Shown piece by piece: positions 25,150-39,676 of a DNA stretch of 64,000 nt (position 1 is its first letter; each line of letters opens with the position of its first letter). Under the pieces are notes generated by a model. It saw only the letters and a program-made list of their open reading frames with translations, was not told the DNA's origin and searched no databases. The stretch is from Mobula hypostoma (Eukaryota): NCBI RefSeq assembly GCF_963921235.1, contig NC_086097.1, forward strand, positions 250,916,001-250,980,000, read 5' to 3'. Made by a program: the position numbers and the translations under genes.

Positions 25150-26985
25150 ATTATAAGCTAGCCAATAATATTAAAGAGGATACCAAAAGTTTCTTCAGAT
25201 ACAAAAGAGAGGCGAGAGTGTATATCAGACCGCTGGAAAACAATGCAGAAGTAGTGATGGGGGATAACGAAATGGCAACGAATTGAATAGGTATTTTGCA
25301 TCAGTCTTCAATGTGGAAGAGACTAGCAGTATGGTGGAAGTTCCAGGTGTCAGGAGGCATGAAGTGTGCGAAGTTACCCTAACTAGAGATAAGGTTTATG
25401 GGAAACTGAAAGGTCTGAAGGTAGATAAGTCACCTGGACCAGATGATGTACGCCCCAGCATTCTAAAAGAGGTGGCTGAAGAGATTGTGGAGGCATTAGT
25501 AATGGATCTTTCGAGAATCATTAGATTCTGGAATGGTTTCTGAAGAGTGGAAAATTGCGAATGTCACTCACATCTTCGAGGAGGGAGAGAGATAGAAGGA
25601 TGGAAACTATAGGCCAGTTAGTCTGACCTCAGTAGTTGGGAAGATGTTGGAGTTGTCTATTAAAGGTGAGTTCTCAGGGTACTTGGAGGCACATGATAAA
25701 ATAGGCTGTAGCCAGCATGGTTTCCTCAAGGGAAAATCTTGCCTGACAAATCTGTCAGAACTCCTTGAAGAAATAACAAGCAGGATAGACAAAGGAGAAT
25801 TGGTTGATGTTGTATGCTTGGATTACCAGAAGGACTTTGACAAGACCACAAGACCAAAAGACGTAGGAGCAGAAGGTGCCACACATGAGACTGCTTAACA
25901 AGTTTCAAGGTCAATGTTATTACAAGAAAAATTCCAGCATGGATAAAGCAGTGGCTGATTGTCAGGAGGCAAGGGTGGGAATAAAGGGAGCCTTTTCTGG
26001 ATGGTTGCCAGTGACTAGTGGTGTTCCACAGGGGTCTGTGTAGGGACCAATTTTATGTCAAAGATTTGACATACATTTTATGTCAAAGATTTGGATGATG
26101 GGATAGATGACTTTGTTGCAAAGTTTGCAGACGATATTGAGATAGGTCGATGGGCAGGTAGTTCTGAGGAAGCAGAGAGGCTACAGAAGGACTTAGATTA
26201 AGGGTGTGGGTAGAGAAATGGCAGAAGCAATAGAGTGTTGAGCACTTTGTAGAAGAAATGAAAGAGTTGGCTATTTTCTAAAGGGAGAGAAAATACAAAA
26301 ATCTGAGGCACAAAGGGACTTCAGAGTGCAGGTTGGATCTGAAGTGAGGAAGGCAAATGCAATATTAGCATTCAAGAGAACTAGAATCTAAGTGTAAGGA
26401 TGTAATGTTGAAACATTGTAAAGCACTGGTGAGGCTTCGTTTGGAGTACTGTGAGCAGGTTTGGGCCCCTTACCTTAGAAACTGGAGTGGGTTCAAAGGA
26501 GGGTCACGAAAATGATTCCAGGATTAAACGGCTTATCAGATGAAGAGTGTTTGATGGCTCTGGGCCTGTATTCACTAGAATTCGGAAGAATGAGTGGTGA
26601 CCTCATTGAAACCCATCGAATGGTGAAAGGCCTTGACAGAGTGGATGTGCAGAGGATGTATCCTATGGTTGGAGAGTCTGAGACCAGAGGCCACTGCCTC
26701 AGAATAGAGAGCGTCCTTTTAGAATGGAGATGAGGAGGATTTTCTTTAGCCAGAGAGTGGTGAATATGTGGAATTCTTTACTACAAGCAGCTGTGGAGGA
26801 CAAGCTTTTATGTATATTTAAAGCAGAGGTTAATAGATTCTTGATTGGTCAGGGCATGAAGGGTTACAAGGAGAAGGCAGGAGACTGGGACTAAGAGGAA
26901 AATTAGATCAGCCATGATGAAATGATGGAGCAGATGGGATGGGCCGAATGGTTTAATTCTGCTCCTATATCTTATGGTGTTATTA
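25150..26985 (+). mobile_element. CR1 ORF2 3' ~1.8 kb, decayed
   Basis: YFASVF, DKSPGPDD, QHGFLKGKSCLTNL, LGLYSLEF. Confidence 0.85.
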
Positions 26986-27489
26986 TATTTTATTGGTTTA
27001 TTTACATTATTGAAGAAGTGCACAGTAAATTTGATAAGAATGCACTACAAATCCTTTAACAGAGCACCATGCTTTTCTGCCCCATGCAGAGTTTACATCA
27101 CAAGGAATTTTTGGTATTCTAAAGGTGTGGAGCTTTTCAAAGATCTAAAGATTAACATTATTTGTCAATGTACAATGAAATATCCAGGACATTCCCTCTT
27201 CTCATTGCTACAATCAAGGATAAGGTACAAGAGCCTGAAGGCATGCACTCGATAATTCAGGAACAGCTTCTTCCCCTCTGCCATCTGATTTCTGAATGGA
27301 TCCTGAATCAATGAACACTACCTCCCTGCTTCTTTTTCCTTTTTTTGCACTATTTATTTAATTTAACTTTTTAAATATATATCCACTTCTTACTGTAATT
27401 TACAGTTTTTATAATATATTGCACTGTACTGTTGCCGCATAACAACAACTATCAGTGATATTAAACCTGGTTTTGATTCTGAAATGTAC

Positions 27490-27750
27490 AGTGAAATCTG
27501 TCGTCTGTGTCAAGACAAATCAGCGAGGACTGTCTGAGAGGTATCCTGCGAGTATCGCCTCGCTTCTGGAGCCAACATAATATATCCACAGCTTGCTAAC
27601 TTTACTTTGTGTAGGTCTTTGGAATATCAGAGGAAACCGGAGCACCCAGAAGAAACCCACATAGTCATGGGGAGAACTTACAAACTCCTTACAGACAGGA
27701 GCAGGAATTGAACCCTGATCGGTGTAATGCAACGTGCTAACTGCCGCCCC
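27490..27750 (-). mobile_element. V-SINE-like element
   Basis: Reverse strand GGGTTCAATTCC B-box and GGGTTTCTTCTGGGTGCTCCGGTTTCCTC V-domain; related copies near 8900-9050, 33830-34100 and 47550-47730. Confidence 0.65.
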
Positions 27751-30711
27751 CTTTGGTTACCCATTAATAGAAACATAGAAAACTTACAGCACAATACAGG
27801 CCCTTTGGCCCACAGTGCTGTGCTGAACATGTCCTTACCTTAAAAATTACCTAGGGTTACCCATAGCCCTCTATTTCTCTGAGCTCCACGTACCTGTCCA
27901 GGAGTCTCTTAAAAGACCCTATCGTATCCACCTCCATCACTATCGCTGGCAGCCCATTCCACACACTCACCACTTTCTGCGTAAAAAATATACCCTTGAT
28001 ATCTCTTCTGTACCTACTTCCAAACACTTTAAAACTGTGCCCTCTCATACTAGGCATTTCAGCCCTGGGAAAAAGCCTCTGACTATCCACACAATCAATG
28101 CCTCTCATCATCTTGTACACCTCTATCAGGTCACCTCTCATCCTCCACCGCTCCAAGGAAAAAAGGCTGAGTTCACTCAACCTATTCTCATAAGGCAAGC
28201 TCCCCAATCCAGGCAACATCCTTGTACATCTCCTCTGCACCCTTTTTATGATTTCCACATCCTTCCTGTAGTGAGGCAACCAGAACTGAGCACAGTACTC
28301 CAAGTGGGGTCTGACCAGGGTCCTGTATAGCTGCAACGTTACCTCTCTGCTCTTCAACTCAATCTCACGATTGATGAAGGCCAATGCACCGTATGCTTTC
28401 TTAACCACAGAGTCAACCTGCGCAGCAGCTTTGAGTGTCCTATGGACTCGGACCCCAAGATCCCGCTGATCCTCCACATTACCAAGAGTCTTATCATTAA
28501 TACTATATTCTGTCATCATATTTGACCTACCAAAATGAACCACCTCACACTTATCTGGGTTGAACTCCATCTGCCACTTCTCAGCCCAGTTTTGCATCCT
28601 ATCAAGGTCCCGCTGTAACCTCTGACAGCCCTCCACACCATCAGCAAATTTATTAACCCATCCCTCCACTCCCTCATCCAGGTCATTTATAAAAATCTCG
28701 AAGAGTAGTGGTCCCAGAACAGATCCCTGAGGCACACCACTGGTCACCGAACTCCAGGCAGAATATGACCCGTCTACAACCACTCTTTTGCCTTCTTTTG
28801 AATCCAGTTTTGAATCCACAAAGCGATGTCCCCTTGGATCCCATGCCTCCTTACTTTCTCAATAAGCGTTGCATGGGAAATCTTGTCAAATGCTTTGCTG
28901 AAATCCATATACACTACATCTACTGCTCTACCTTCATCAATGTGTTTAGTCACATCCTCAAAAAATTCAATCAGGCTCGTAAAGCACAACCTGCCTTTCA
29001 CAAAGCCATGCTGACTATTCCTAATCATATTGTGCCTTTCCAAATGCTCATAAATCCCGCCTTTCAGGATCTCACCATCAATCTACCAACCACTGAAGTA
29101 AGACTTAATTTCTTGGGCTATCTCTACTCCCTTTCTTGAATAATGGCACAACATCCACAACCCTCCAATCCTCCGGAACCTCTCCTGTCCCCACTGATGA
29201 TGCAAAGATCATCACCAGAGGCTCAGCAATCTCCTCCCTCGCCTCTCACAGTAGCCTGGTGCGCATCTTGTCGGGTCTTGGTGATTTACCCAATTTGATG
29301 CTTTCCAAAACCTCCAGCACATCCTCTTTCTTAATATCTACATGCTCAAGCTTTTCAGTCCACTGTAAGTCATCCCTACAATTGCCAAGATCCTTTTCTG
29401 TAGTGAAAACTGAAGCAAAGTACTCATTAAGTACCTCTGCTATCTCCTGCGGTTCCATACACACTTTTCCACTGTCACACTTGATTGCTCCTATTCTCTC
29501 ACGTCTTATCCTCTTGCTCTTCACATACTTGTAGAATGCCTTGGTGTTTTGCTTAATTCTGTTCACCAAGGCTTTCTCATGGCCCCTTCTGGCTCTCCTA
29601 ATTTCTTTCTTAAGCTCCTTCCTGATCTAATCTTCTAGATCTTTATTATTACCTAGTTTTTTGAACCTTTTGTAAGCTCTTCTTTTCTTCTTGACTAGAT
29701 TTACAACAGCCGTTGTACTCCATGCAAATATCCCTTGAACATTTGCCACATTCCTTCCGTACATTTCCCTGAGAACATCTGTTCCCAATTTATGCTTCCA
29801 AGTTATTGCCTGATAGCCTCATATTTCCCCTTACACCAATTAAATGCTTTCCTAACTGTCTGTTCCTATCCTTCTCCAATGCTATGGTAAAGGAGATAGA
29901 ATTGTGATCACTATCTCCTAAATGCTCTCCCACTGAGAGATCTGACACGTGACCAGGTTCAAATTACCAATTCCAGATCAAGTACAGCCTCTCTCCTTGT
30001 AGGCTTATCTACATATTGTGTCAAGAAACCTTCCTGAACACACCTAACAAACTCCACCCCATCTAAACCCCTCGCTCTAGGGACATGCCAATTGATATTT
30101 GGGAAATTAAATTCTCCCACCACAACAACCTTACTATTATTCCACTTTTCTGGAATCTGTCTCCCTATCTGCTCCTCGATGTCCCTGTTACTATTGGGTG
30201 GTCTATAACAAAAACCCAGTAGAGTTATTGACCCTTTCCTGTTCCTAACTTCCACCCACAGAGACTCCATAGACAATCCCTCCATGACTTCCTCCTTTTC
30301 TGCAGCCGTGACATTATCTCTAATCAACTGTGCCATGCTCCGACCTCTTTGGCCTCCCTCCCTGTCCTTTCTGAAACATCTAAAGCCTGACACTCGAAGT
30401 AACCATTCCTGCCCCTGAGCCGTCCAAGTCTCTGTAATAGCCACAACATCACAGCTCCGAGTACTGATCCATGCTCTAAGCTCATCCGCTTTGTTCATAA
30501 TATTCGTTGCATTAAAATAGACACATCTCAAACCATCAGTCTGAGTGCGTCCCTTCTCTATCACCTGCCTATCCTCCCTCTTACACTGTCTCCAAGCTTT
30601 CTCTATTTGTGAGCCAACCGCCTCTTCTTCCATCTCTTCAGTTCGGTTCCCACCCCCCAGCAATTCTAGTTTAAATTCTCCCCAATAGCCTTAGCAAACC
30701 CCCCCGCCAAG

Positions 30712-30920
30712 ATAGTCATAGTCATACTTTATTGATCCTGGGGGAAATTGGTTTTCGTTACAGTTGCATCATAAATAATAAATAGTAATAGAACCATAAA
30801 TAGTTAAATAGTAATATGTAAATTATGAAATAAGTCCAGGACCAGCCTATCGGCTCAGGGTGTCTACCCTCCAAGGGAGGAGTTGTAAAGTTTGATGGCC
30901 ACAGGCAGGAATGACTTCCT
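30712..30920 (-). mobile_element. Rex1-like (ATGACT)n-tail fragment nested in CR1 ORF1 end
   Basis: Reverse complement of ~14188-14403. Confidence 0.9.
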
Positions 30921-31780
30921 ATTGGTCCCTCTGGGATTCAAGTACAACCCGTCCTTTTTGCGCAGGTCATTCTTGCCCCAAATGAGGTCCCAATAATCCA
31001 GAAATCTGAATCCCTGCCCCCGCTCCAATCCCTCAGCCACGCATTTATCCTCCACCTCACTCTATTCCTATACTCACTGTCACATGGCACAGGCAGTAAT
31101 CCCGAGAAGATTACCTTTGAGGTCCTGCTTCTCAACTGCATTCCTAACTCCCTGTAGTCTGTTTTCAGGACTTCCTCCATTTTCCTACCTATGTCGTTGG
31201 TACCAATATGTACCACGACCCCTGGCTGTTCGCCTTCCCACTTCAGGATATCGTGGACGCGATCAGAAACGTCCCGGACCCTGGCACCTGGGAGGCAATC
31301 TACCATCCGTGTTTCTTTCCTGCATCCACAGAATCGCCCGTCTGGCCCCATAACTATAGAGTCCCCTATCACTGCTGCTTTCTTCCTTTCCCTACCCTTC
31401 TGAGCCACAGGGCCGGACTCTGTGGTAGAGGCACAGCCACTGTTGTTTCCCCCAGGTAGGTCGCTCCCCCGAACAGTACTCAAACAGGAGTACTTATTGT
31501 TGAGGGGTACAGCCACAGGGGCACTCTCTAGTATCTGACTCCTGCCCTTCCCTCTCCTGACTATTATCCACTTAACTGTCTCCCCAAGCCCCGGTGTGAC
31601 TACCCACCTATAGCTCCTCTCTATCACCTCCTCACTCTCCCTGACCAGACGAAGGTCATTGAGCTGTACCTCCAGTTCCCTAACACAGTCCCTAAGGATC
31701 TGCAGCTCGATGCACCTGGTGTAGATGTGGCCGTCCGGAAGGCTGGGGTCTCCAGGACTTCCCGCATCTGACACCTGACA

Positions 31781-32781
31781 TCTGGCATTGGTGAGGCCAA
31801 ACTTGTACAGTTCTGGTCACCAAATTATAGGAAAGATGTCAATAGACAATAGACAACAGGTGCAGGAGTAGGCCATTCGGCCCTTCGAGCCAGCACCGCC
31901 ATTCACTGTGATCATGGCTGATCATCCACTATCAGTATCCAGTTCCTGCCCTATCCCCATAACCTTTGATTCCACTACCTTTAAGAGCTCTATCCATCTC
32001 TTTTTTGAAAGCATCCAGAGACTTGGCCTCCACAGCCTTCTGGGGCACAGCATTCCATATATCCACCACTCTCTGGGTGAAAAAGTTTTTCCTCAACTCC
32101 GTCTAAATGGCCTACCCCTAATTCTTAAACTGTGGCCTCTGGTTCTGGACTCACCCATCAGCTGGAACATGCTTCCTGCCTGCAGCATGTCCAATCCCTT
32201 AATAATCTTATATGTTTCAATAAAATCCCCTTTCAGCCTTCTAAATTCCAGAGTATACAAGCCCAGTCGCTCCAATCTTTCGACAAAACAGAGAGAGTAC
32301 AGAGGAGATTTGCTAGAATGATACCTGGGTTTCAGCACCTAAGTTACAGAGAAAGGTTGAACAAGTTAGGTCTTTATTCTTTGGAGCATAGAAGGTTGAG
32401 GGGGAACTTGATAGAGGTATTTAAAATTATGAGGGGGATAGATAGAGTTGATGTGGATAGGTTTTTTCCATTGAGAGTGGTGGAGATTCAAACAAGAGGA
32501 CATGAGTTAAGAGTTAAGGGGCAAAAGTTTAGGAGTAACACGAGGGGGAACTTCTTTACTCAGAGAGTGGCAGCTGTGTGAAACGAGCTTCCAGTAGGAG
32601 TGGTAGAGGCAGGTTCGATTTTATCATTTTTTTAAAAATTGGATAGGTATATGGACAGGAAAGGAATGGAGGGTTATGGGCTGAGTGCAGGTAGATGGGA
32701 CTAGGTGAGAGTAAGCGTTCGGCATGGACTAGAAGGGCCGAGATGGCCTGTTTCCGTGCTGTAATTGTTATATGGTTATAT
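31781..32781 (+). mobile_element. Second CR1 3' fragment (tail TTATATGG) nested in CR1; itself interrupted by a third CR1 tail (-, 31841-32285, (TCTATTG)n)
   Basis: ERVQRRFARMIPG..; host phrase GATGTCAATA|AAACAGAGAGAG is split by the insert. Confidence 0.8.
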
Positions 32782-33267
32782 GAGAGCGAGCACAGAACAC
32801 CGGCCTCACAGACATTCTTCCTGTTTGTGTTCTACTCAGGCAACCTACCTCGCTTCGACCCGTAATCACCTAAGCCCCGTTGAGCCAAAGCCTTTCTACT
32901 CCGTCTCCCTCTACTCCGTTGCCCACTCCTCAGGCACCCACTCTATAAGGTGTTTCCTTTCAAACTCTTCCCGTTGTTCTCACTGGCTGACGTCCACGCG
33001 TTTGCGCAGTCCTGCCCCGATAAAACCGCTGCAGAAATAACTGCTTCCCTTTAAGCTCTTCTCGCTTTTAAACTCTTCTCACTGTTCTTGCTGACTGATG
33101 TCCACGCGCTTGTGCGGTCGTGCCCCGATCAAACTGCTGAAGAAATAACCCATATATGGGTTATAATTTGGTAGAATCAATGAGATCTGTCAGGCGCCTA
33201 GTAGGAACAGGCGAGGATGCTTACTGCTATCAAGTTTGTTCAGTCAAAAATATGACTTACCACTTGA

Positions 33268-33800
33268 TAAACACAAAAGATTCTGCAGTTGCTGAAAGTC
33301 CAGAGCAGCACACACAAAATGCTGGAGGAACTCAGCAGGTCATGCAGCATCCATGGAAAGGAACAAACGGTTCCCCTTCCTTTTCAGTAAAATCAACTTC
33401 TCTAACTTCTGGTAAATTTTCCCCTCTCCCTTTCTCTCTTTTTCAATTTTCCACCTTGTCCTTTTACCTCTTCTTCTCACCTGCCTATCATCTCTTCCCT
33501 TCTTTCCATGGTCTATTCTCCTCTCCTATCAGATTCCTTCTTCTCCAACCCTTTACCCTTTCCACCTAACACATCCCAGATTCTCACATCTCCCTTACCC
33601 ACCCACCCACCTTCCCCCTCACCTAGCTTCACCTATCACCTTCCAGCTTCTACTCCTTCCCCTCCCTCCAAATTTTTATTCTGTCCTCTTCCCCCTTTCC
33701 AGTTCAGAATAAAGATCTCGGCCATATATGTTGACCATTTATCCATTTCTATGGATGCTGCCGGAGCTGCTGAGTTCCTCCAGCATTTTGTGTGAGTTAG
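33268..33800 (+). mobile_element. Old Penelope-like copy with inverted 5' terminal segment (33268-33372)
   Basis: 33268-33372 is the reverse complement of the element 3' tail; hammerhead decayed at ~33700. Confidence 0.7.
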
Positions 33801-34179
33801 CACCTGAGTATTTTTTAACCAAACTATATCTTTATTTAGAGATACTATGCAGAACAGGCCCTTCCAGCCCAGTGGGCTGCAACGCCCAGCAGCTCATCTG
33901 TTTGATCATAGCCCAATTACAGGACAACTTACATCTACTAACCCGTATGCCTTTGGACTGTGGAAGGAAAATGGAGCAAGCCCACGTGATCACGGGGAGA
34001 ATATACAACTACAGACGGTGCCGGAATTGAACTCCGAGCTCCGAAACATCCTGAGCTGTAATAGCGTGAAAATTAACTGCTGTGCTACCATGGCACCCTT
34101 AGTATGAACCTATTCCCCAATGTTGCTTTTAATAAAAATAGTGCACAGAACAAGCACAAAAAAACTTCCCCAGCACATG

Positions 34180-34635
34180 AGTGAGGTCTCCGTCGGCCAG
34201 GGTCGACCATGGACGTTGCACCCTAGCTGTCTGGATGCACAAGCCAGGGCAGTACGATATGGAGAGCAAGCTGTTGCCCATGTAGCAAGCTCCCCCCTCC
34301 ATGCATCTGATGAACTCAAAGGAAAGACAGAGACCGATTCATTTCGATACCAGCAGCGTTATAGGAGTTGCCAGTCAACATTGAATTCAACATAGGGTTG
34401 CCTTAGGGACTCCAGCTCTGGGTTTACTCCCAAAGCCTTCCCCATTAGTGGGCAAAGCCGCATGACAGTGAAGGTTTGAGGCCAGTTTTCCTTTTCCTAG
34501 GTGAGCTGCCAACCACGGCTATCAAGTCCCATCTGCCCCAAGTAACTGGCTTTATGGTGCCAGAAACCCATCTTTGCCCCTTCTCCCGTCAGTAGAAATG
34601 GTTCAGCCAGACTTAGTAGCTAAACCACAGGTACT
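34180..34635 (-). mobile_element. Non-autonomous RTE-type element (5'-UTR-like head + short tail); relatives at 36915-37282, 44900-45275 and 48210-48812 (+)
   Basis: Shared GGCAGCTCATCTAGGAGAAGGAAAACTCTGATCTCAAACC-like head and CCATGGTC...CGGA(T/G)GCC tail; the RTE assignment is from recalled similarity. Confidence 0.55.
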
Positions 34636-34949
34636 GTATTGTAGCAAATGTATACTAAACGATAGGTGACTATGAGTTGCAGGCACATGCTGTCCTGCCT
34701 AAATTAGAGTTGACTGGTAAAAGGGGACAGAGTTGAGGTTGTCATTGGCAGCTGGGGTCTTCAGGGTGACCAACAGCAGGCTGGGGCGGGGCAGAGGAGG
34801 CTTTAACGAGACAAACAAGATTAACCAGGAATCAAGACCAATGGTTGAGGGGCTATCATAGCGAAGAGGGCATAGGTTTAAGGTGAGAGGAAGGAATTTT
34901 AAAGAGTTTGAGGGCGTATGTTTAGCTTTCTGCACAGTAAGACTAACGA

Positions 34950-35700
34950 ACGGATCACAGACCAGGAGAGGGAAACCAGAGGTCCATAAGCCAGCAATCA
35001 CCAGAGGATCAGAGGTGGAGAAGGTCAGTAACTTTAAATTCCTGGGTGTCACTATCTCAGAAGACCTGTCCTGGACCCATCATATAAATATAATTGCGAA
35101 GAAAGTATGACAGAGGCTCCACTTCCTCGGGAGTCTGGGGAGGATCAGCATGTCATCAAAGACCTTGGCAAACTTCTATGGATGAGTGGTGGAAAGTGTG
35201 CTGACTGGCTGCATTATGGCCTGGTATGGGAACCCCAATGCCTTTGAGCAGAATATCATACAAAAGGTAGTAGATTCTGCCCACCACATCAAGGGTAAAA
35301 CCCTCCCAATCACTGACCACATCTACATGAAACGATGCCATAGGAAAGCAGTATCCATTAGCAAACATCCTCACTACCCAGGCCATGCTCTTTTCTCGCC
35401 GCTGCCATCAGGTGGAAGGTACAAGCACCTTAGGACTCACACCACCAGATTCAAGAACAGTTACAATCCCTCAACCATCAGGCTCTTGAACAAAAAGGGG
35501 TAACTACACTCATTTAAGGACTCTTTTATCTTGTTATCTCATGCTTGCTATTTCTTGCTATTTATTTATATCTACCTTTGAAAAGTTTGTTATCCATCGA
35601 TCCTGTTTACAGTTACTATCCTATAGATTTGCTAAGTATGCCTGCAGAAGAAGTATCTCAGGGTTGTATGTGGTGACACATATGTACTCTGATAATCAGT
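34950..35700 (+). mobile_element. Rex1/Babar-like LINE 3' fragment
   Basis: VEKVSNFKFLGVTISEDLSW; VESVLTGCIMAWYGN. Confidence 0.8.
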
Positions 35701-38341
35701 TTTATTTTGGGTGATTGAATACACTGCCAGATGAGATGGTAGAATCAGATACTGGTACAGTTGCAGGTTGCACTTGAATCCAAGGCAGACCAATATCCTT
35801 GCTGGTAGGAGTTGTTTAAATAATATGGCAGAGGGATAGGAACCAGAATCATGGAGCTGAGGATCAGCCAGGAGGTTTACAAGTAGATGATGTAATATGT
35901 AATATGAATGTAAGGAAGGACAAGCCAATGATTGGGTACAACTGCAGACAGAGCAAAGAGCTAAGTTGTACCACAGAGGCAAAATTCAAAAGGGCAAAGA
36001 ATGCACGACTGGAGGTGCTGTATTTAAATGCACGTAGCATTCGGAATAAGGTGGACGAACTCGTGGCACAATTAGAAATTGGTCAGTATGATATTGTGAG
36101 CATCCTGAGTCGTAGCTGAAAGAAGGCCATAGTTAGGAGCTTAACATCAAAGGATATACTTTGTATTGAAAGGAGAGGCAGGAAGGCTTAGGCAGTGGTG
36201 TGGCTCATGTTGGGAAGAGATTGAATTACATCCTTAAAAAGAGGTGACATAGGGTCAGAAAATGTTGAATCTTTGTGGATGGAGTTAAAAAACTGCAAGG
36301 GTGAAAAAACCATTATGGGAATTATATATGGACCTTCAAATAGTAGCCAAGATGTAGGGTTGAGATTGCAAAGGGAGCTGAAAAAGAGGTTGGAAGCTCC
36401 TGATGTAGATGTTTAAAAGGGTCAGTATGTACATGGTGGGCAGAAGGGCCCATTTCTGTGCTCTATGAACCTTCTGTAGGTTGATCCGTACACTGAGATG
36501 GATTAGAGAAACTGGCACGTATCTCAACAAAATATGCTTCTTCCCTTCCTACAGTGTGCATTCACAAATTAGCCAAGGCACTGCCAATCTGTGTGCAACA
36601 CACTATTTGACAAAACGGCATCATGTCTAGTTATCTTTTGTTTGGTACTAGAATGTGTGGCAACACTTGCGGGCTGCCCCCAGCACATCCTTGTGTTGGG
36701 TCTTAACACAAACCACATATTTCTCTGTACATTTCGACGTACATGTGGTAAATACTGTAAATCTAAATCTGAACCAAACTGACATCTTATAAGAATCAGA
36801 CCTTTGAGATTACATGCTTCACGTGCACCAGTGCCTTTTAACCAAACTGACAAGAACCATGCAATTATGTTTTTAATTAAATTTCTTTATGTAGCACACA
36901 TAAATATTTCTTTCAGGTAGATGGAGCTCGTCAGCCTGGGAAGGCAGTCCATCTAAGAGAGGGAAAACTCTGATTTCAAACCTCCGCTGCCTTGCGGCCA
37001 TACCCACGCATGGGAAAGGCTTCGGGAGTAAACCCCGAGGACAAATCCGGAGCTGGAGTCCCTAAGGCAGTACGACGTTGTCTTCAACCTCGTTCTGGCA
37101 ACTCCTGCGATGACACTGGTGCCAAGCTGTATCGGCCCTTGCCCTTCCCTTGGACAACATCGGTGTCACGGAGAGGGGAGACTTGCTGCATGGGCAACAG
37201 TTCCATACAACCTTGCCCAGGCCTGTGCGCTGGAGACCTTCCAGGCACAGATCCATGGTCTCTCGAGACTAAAGGATGCCACCAAGTATTTCTAAAGTAC
37301 TGATCCTGTGTCTGCTCCTGGGAAAATTTATGAAATAATTCTTTCAATAATTATTTTTATGGTGATAAACTTCTGACATATTTCAAACATGTGCAATGAT
37401 GCATATTGTGGTTATTTACAATTTTATCAAGTTCTAAGTAAATTTATTAACAAAGTACACATCTGTAACCATATACAACCCTGAGATTCATTTTCCTGTG
37501 GGCATGCTCAAAAAATCTATAGAATAATAACCATAACAGAATCAATGAAAGACTACGCAACTTAAGCATTGAACCAGAGTGCAGAAGACAACAAACTGTG
37601 CAAATAGAAAAAGAAGAAACAGTAATAATAAATCAATAAGCAATAAATATGGAGTACATGAGATGAAGAGTCCTTGAAAGTGAGTCCATAGGTTGTGGGA
37701 ACATTTCAATGATGGGGCAAGTGAAGTTATCCCCTTTGGTTCAAGGGCTTGATGGTTATATCAATATGAAACATACTGTATCTGTTCAACAAGATAGGAT
37801 CATATTTTCACAAGCACTCTGTTCCATATATATCCACGTAATTAAACTTTAAATATTATAGAAGGAAAGATATAATAATCTGGATAGATCTCATACGTGT
37901 TGTGTTGTTGTTTTGTTTGGTTGTTCTTGCTTGTGTTGTTCTGCCGTTGGCGCTGGAATAAATGGTGACTTTTGCGAGCTGCCCCCAACACAAACTTGCA
38001 TAGTGTTGGTTGTTTACACAAATAACACATTTTATGACCATAAATCCCTGTTAGACCACACTTGGAATATAGTGTGCAGTTCTGATCGCCTCACTATAGG
38101 AAGGACGTGAAAGCTTTAGAGAGGGTGCAGAAGAGATTTACTAGGATGCTGCCTGGATTAGAGAGCATGTCTTACAAGGACAGGTTGTGGGAGCTCGGGC
38201 TTTTCTCTTTGGAGTGAAGGAGGATGAGAGGTAGCTTGATAGAGGTGTGCAGGATGATAAAGAGGCACAGATAGAGTGAACAGCCAGAGACTTTTCCCCA
38301 GGGTGGAAATGGATAATACAACGGGCCATCATTTTAATGTC

Positions 38342-39375
38342 AACAACAGGAATTCTGCAGATGCTGGAAATTCAAGCAACACACATCAAAGTTGCTGGTG
38401 AACGCAGCAGGCCAGGCAGCATCTCTAGGAAGAGGCGCAGTCGACGTTTCAGGCCGAGACCCTTCGTCAGGACTAACTGAAGGAAGAGTGAGTAAGGGAT
38501 TTGAAAGCTGGAGGGGGAGGGGGAGATGCAAAATGATAGGAGAAGACAGGAGGGGGAGGGATAGAGCCGAGAGCTGGACAGGTGATAGGCAAAAGGGGAT
38601 ACGAGAGTATCATGGGACAGGAGGCCCAGGGAGAAAGACGGGGGGGGGGGGGGACCCAGAGGATGGGCAAGGGGTATATTCAGAGGGACAGAGGGAGAAA
38701 AAGGAGAGTGAGAGAAAGAATGTGTGCATAAAAATGAGTAACAGATGGGGTACGAGGGGGAGGTGGGGCCTAGCGGAAGTTAGAGAAGTCAATGTTCATG
38801 CCATCAGGTTGGAGGCTACCCAGACGGAATATAAGGTGTTGTTCCTCCAACCTGAGTGTGGCTTCATCTTTACAGTAGAGGAGGCCGTGAATAGACATGT
38901 CAGAATGGGAATGGGATGTGGAATTAAAATGTGTGGCCACTGGGAGATCCTGCTTTCTCTGGCGGACAGAGCGTAGATGTTCAGCAAAGCGGTCTCCCAG
39001 TCTGCGTCGGGTCTCGCCAATATATAAAAGGCCACATCAGGAGCACTGGACGCAGTATATCACCCCAGTCGACTCACAGGTGAAGTGTTGCCTCACCTGG
39101 AAGTACTGTTTGGGGCCCTGAATGGTGGTAAGGGAGGAAGTGTAAGGGCATGTGTAGCACTTGTTCCGCTTACACGGATACGTGCCAGGAGGGAGATCAG
39201 TGGGGAGGGATGGGGGGGACGAATGGACGAGGGAGTTGCGTAGGGAGCGATCCCTGCAGAATGCAGGGGGGGGGGGAGGGAAAGATGTGCTTAGTGGTGG
39301 GATCCCGTTGGAGGTGGCGGAAGTTACGGAGAATAATATGTTGGACCCGGAGGCTGGTGGGGTGGTAGGTGAGGA
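38342..39375 (-). mobile_element. Young Penelope-like retroelement 3' ~1 kb (GIY-YIG endonuclease + hammerhead repeat)
   Basis: FTCESTGVIYCVQCS..LYIGETRRRLGDRFAEH..VATHFN..MNIDF; intact hammerhead 38438-38475. Confidence 0.9.
38438..38475 (-). ncRNA. Intact minimal type I hammerhead ribozyme motif, sense to RAD54B pre-mRNA (intron 6)
   Basis: TAGTC CTGACGA AGGGTCTCGGCCT GAAA CG TC|GACTG. Confidence 0.8.
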
Positions 39376-39513
39376 GCAGAAGTAGGTCATTTGGCCTATC
39401 AAGTCTGCTCCATAATTAAAATTTAAATTAAAGATATAACAATCTTGATAGATCTCATCCATTGGTTTTGATTAGAATTACGTGCCATTCTATGAGAAAA
39501 GAGAGCCTCCTAC

Positions 39514-39676
39514 CTCATTCCCATGACACACTCATAGAGAAAAACAACACCGTCCCTCTGGTGAGGTCGGAAGTGTACAGTGAGGTAGGGATCCACCACC
39601 ACATCCACCACTGGCAGGCCAGCTTTATTGAAGATCCACTGGTGACTCAGATTTGGCCGTGGCATTACTAAAGCAT
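39514..39676 (-). CDS. RAD54B: RAD54B coding exon (exon 6)
   Basis: ccgacag|AT ... ATGAG|gtag; 163 nt; NALVMPRPNLSHQWIFNKAGLPVVDVVVDPYLTVHFRPHQRDGVVFLYECVMGMR. Confidence 0.95.

Larger units (their letters stand above)
27766..33150 (-). mobile_element. Near full-length CR1 LINE (5' UTR monomers, ORF1 zinc finger/coiled coil + esterase, ORF2 APE-RT, 3' tail) with nested insertions
   Basis: ORF1 30938-31774, APE 29959-30663, RT 27857-29569; same family as 1000-4370. Confidence 0.92.

Noticed and set aside
34300..34330. CTGATGA...GAAA as another hammerhead
   Set aside because: No stem II or stem I pairing, and related copies (45140, 48665) lack the GAAA.
38392..38976. 194-aa plus-strand ORF and the recurring MLVNAAGQAAS peptides
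   Set aside because: Antisense readings of the Penelope 3' repeat.
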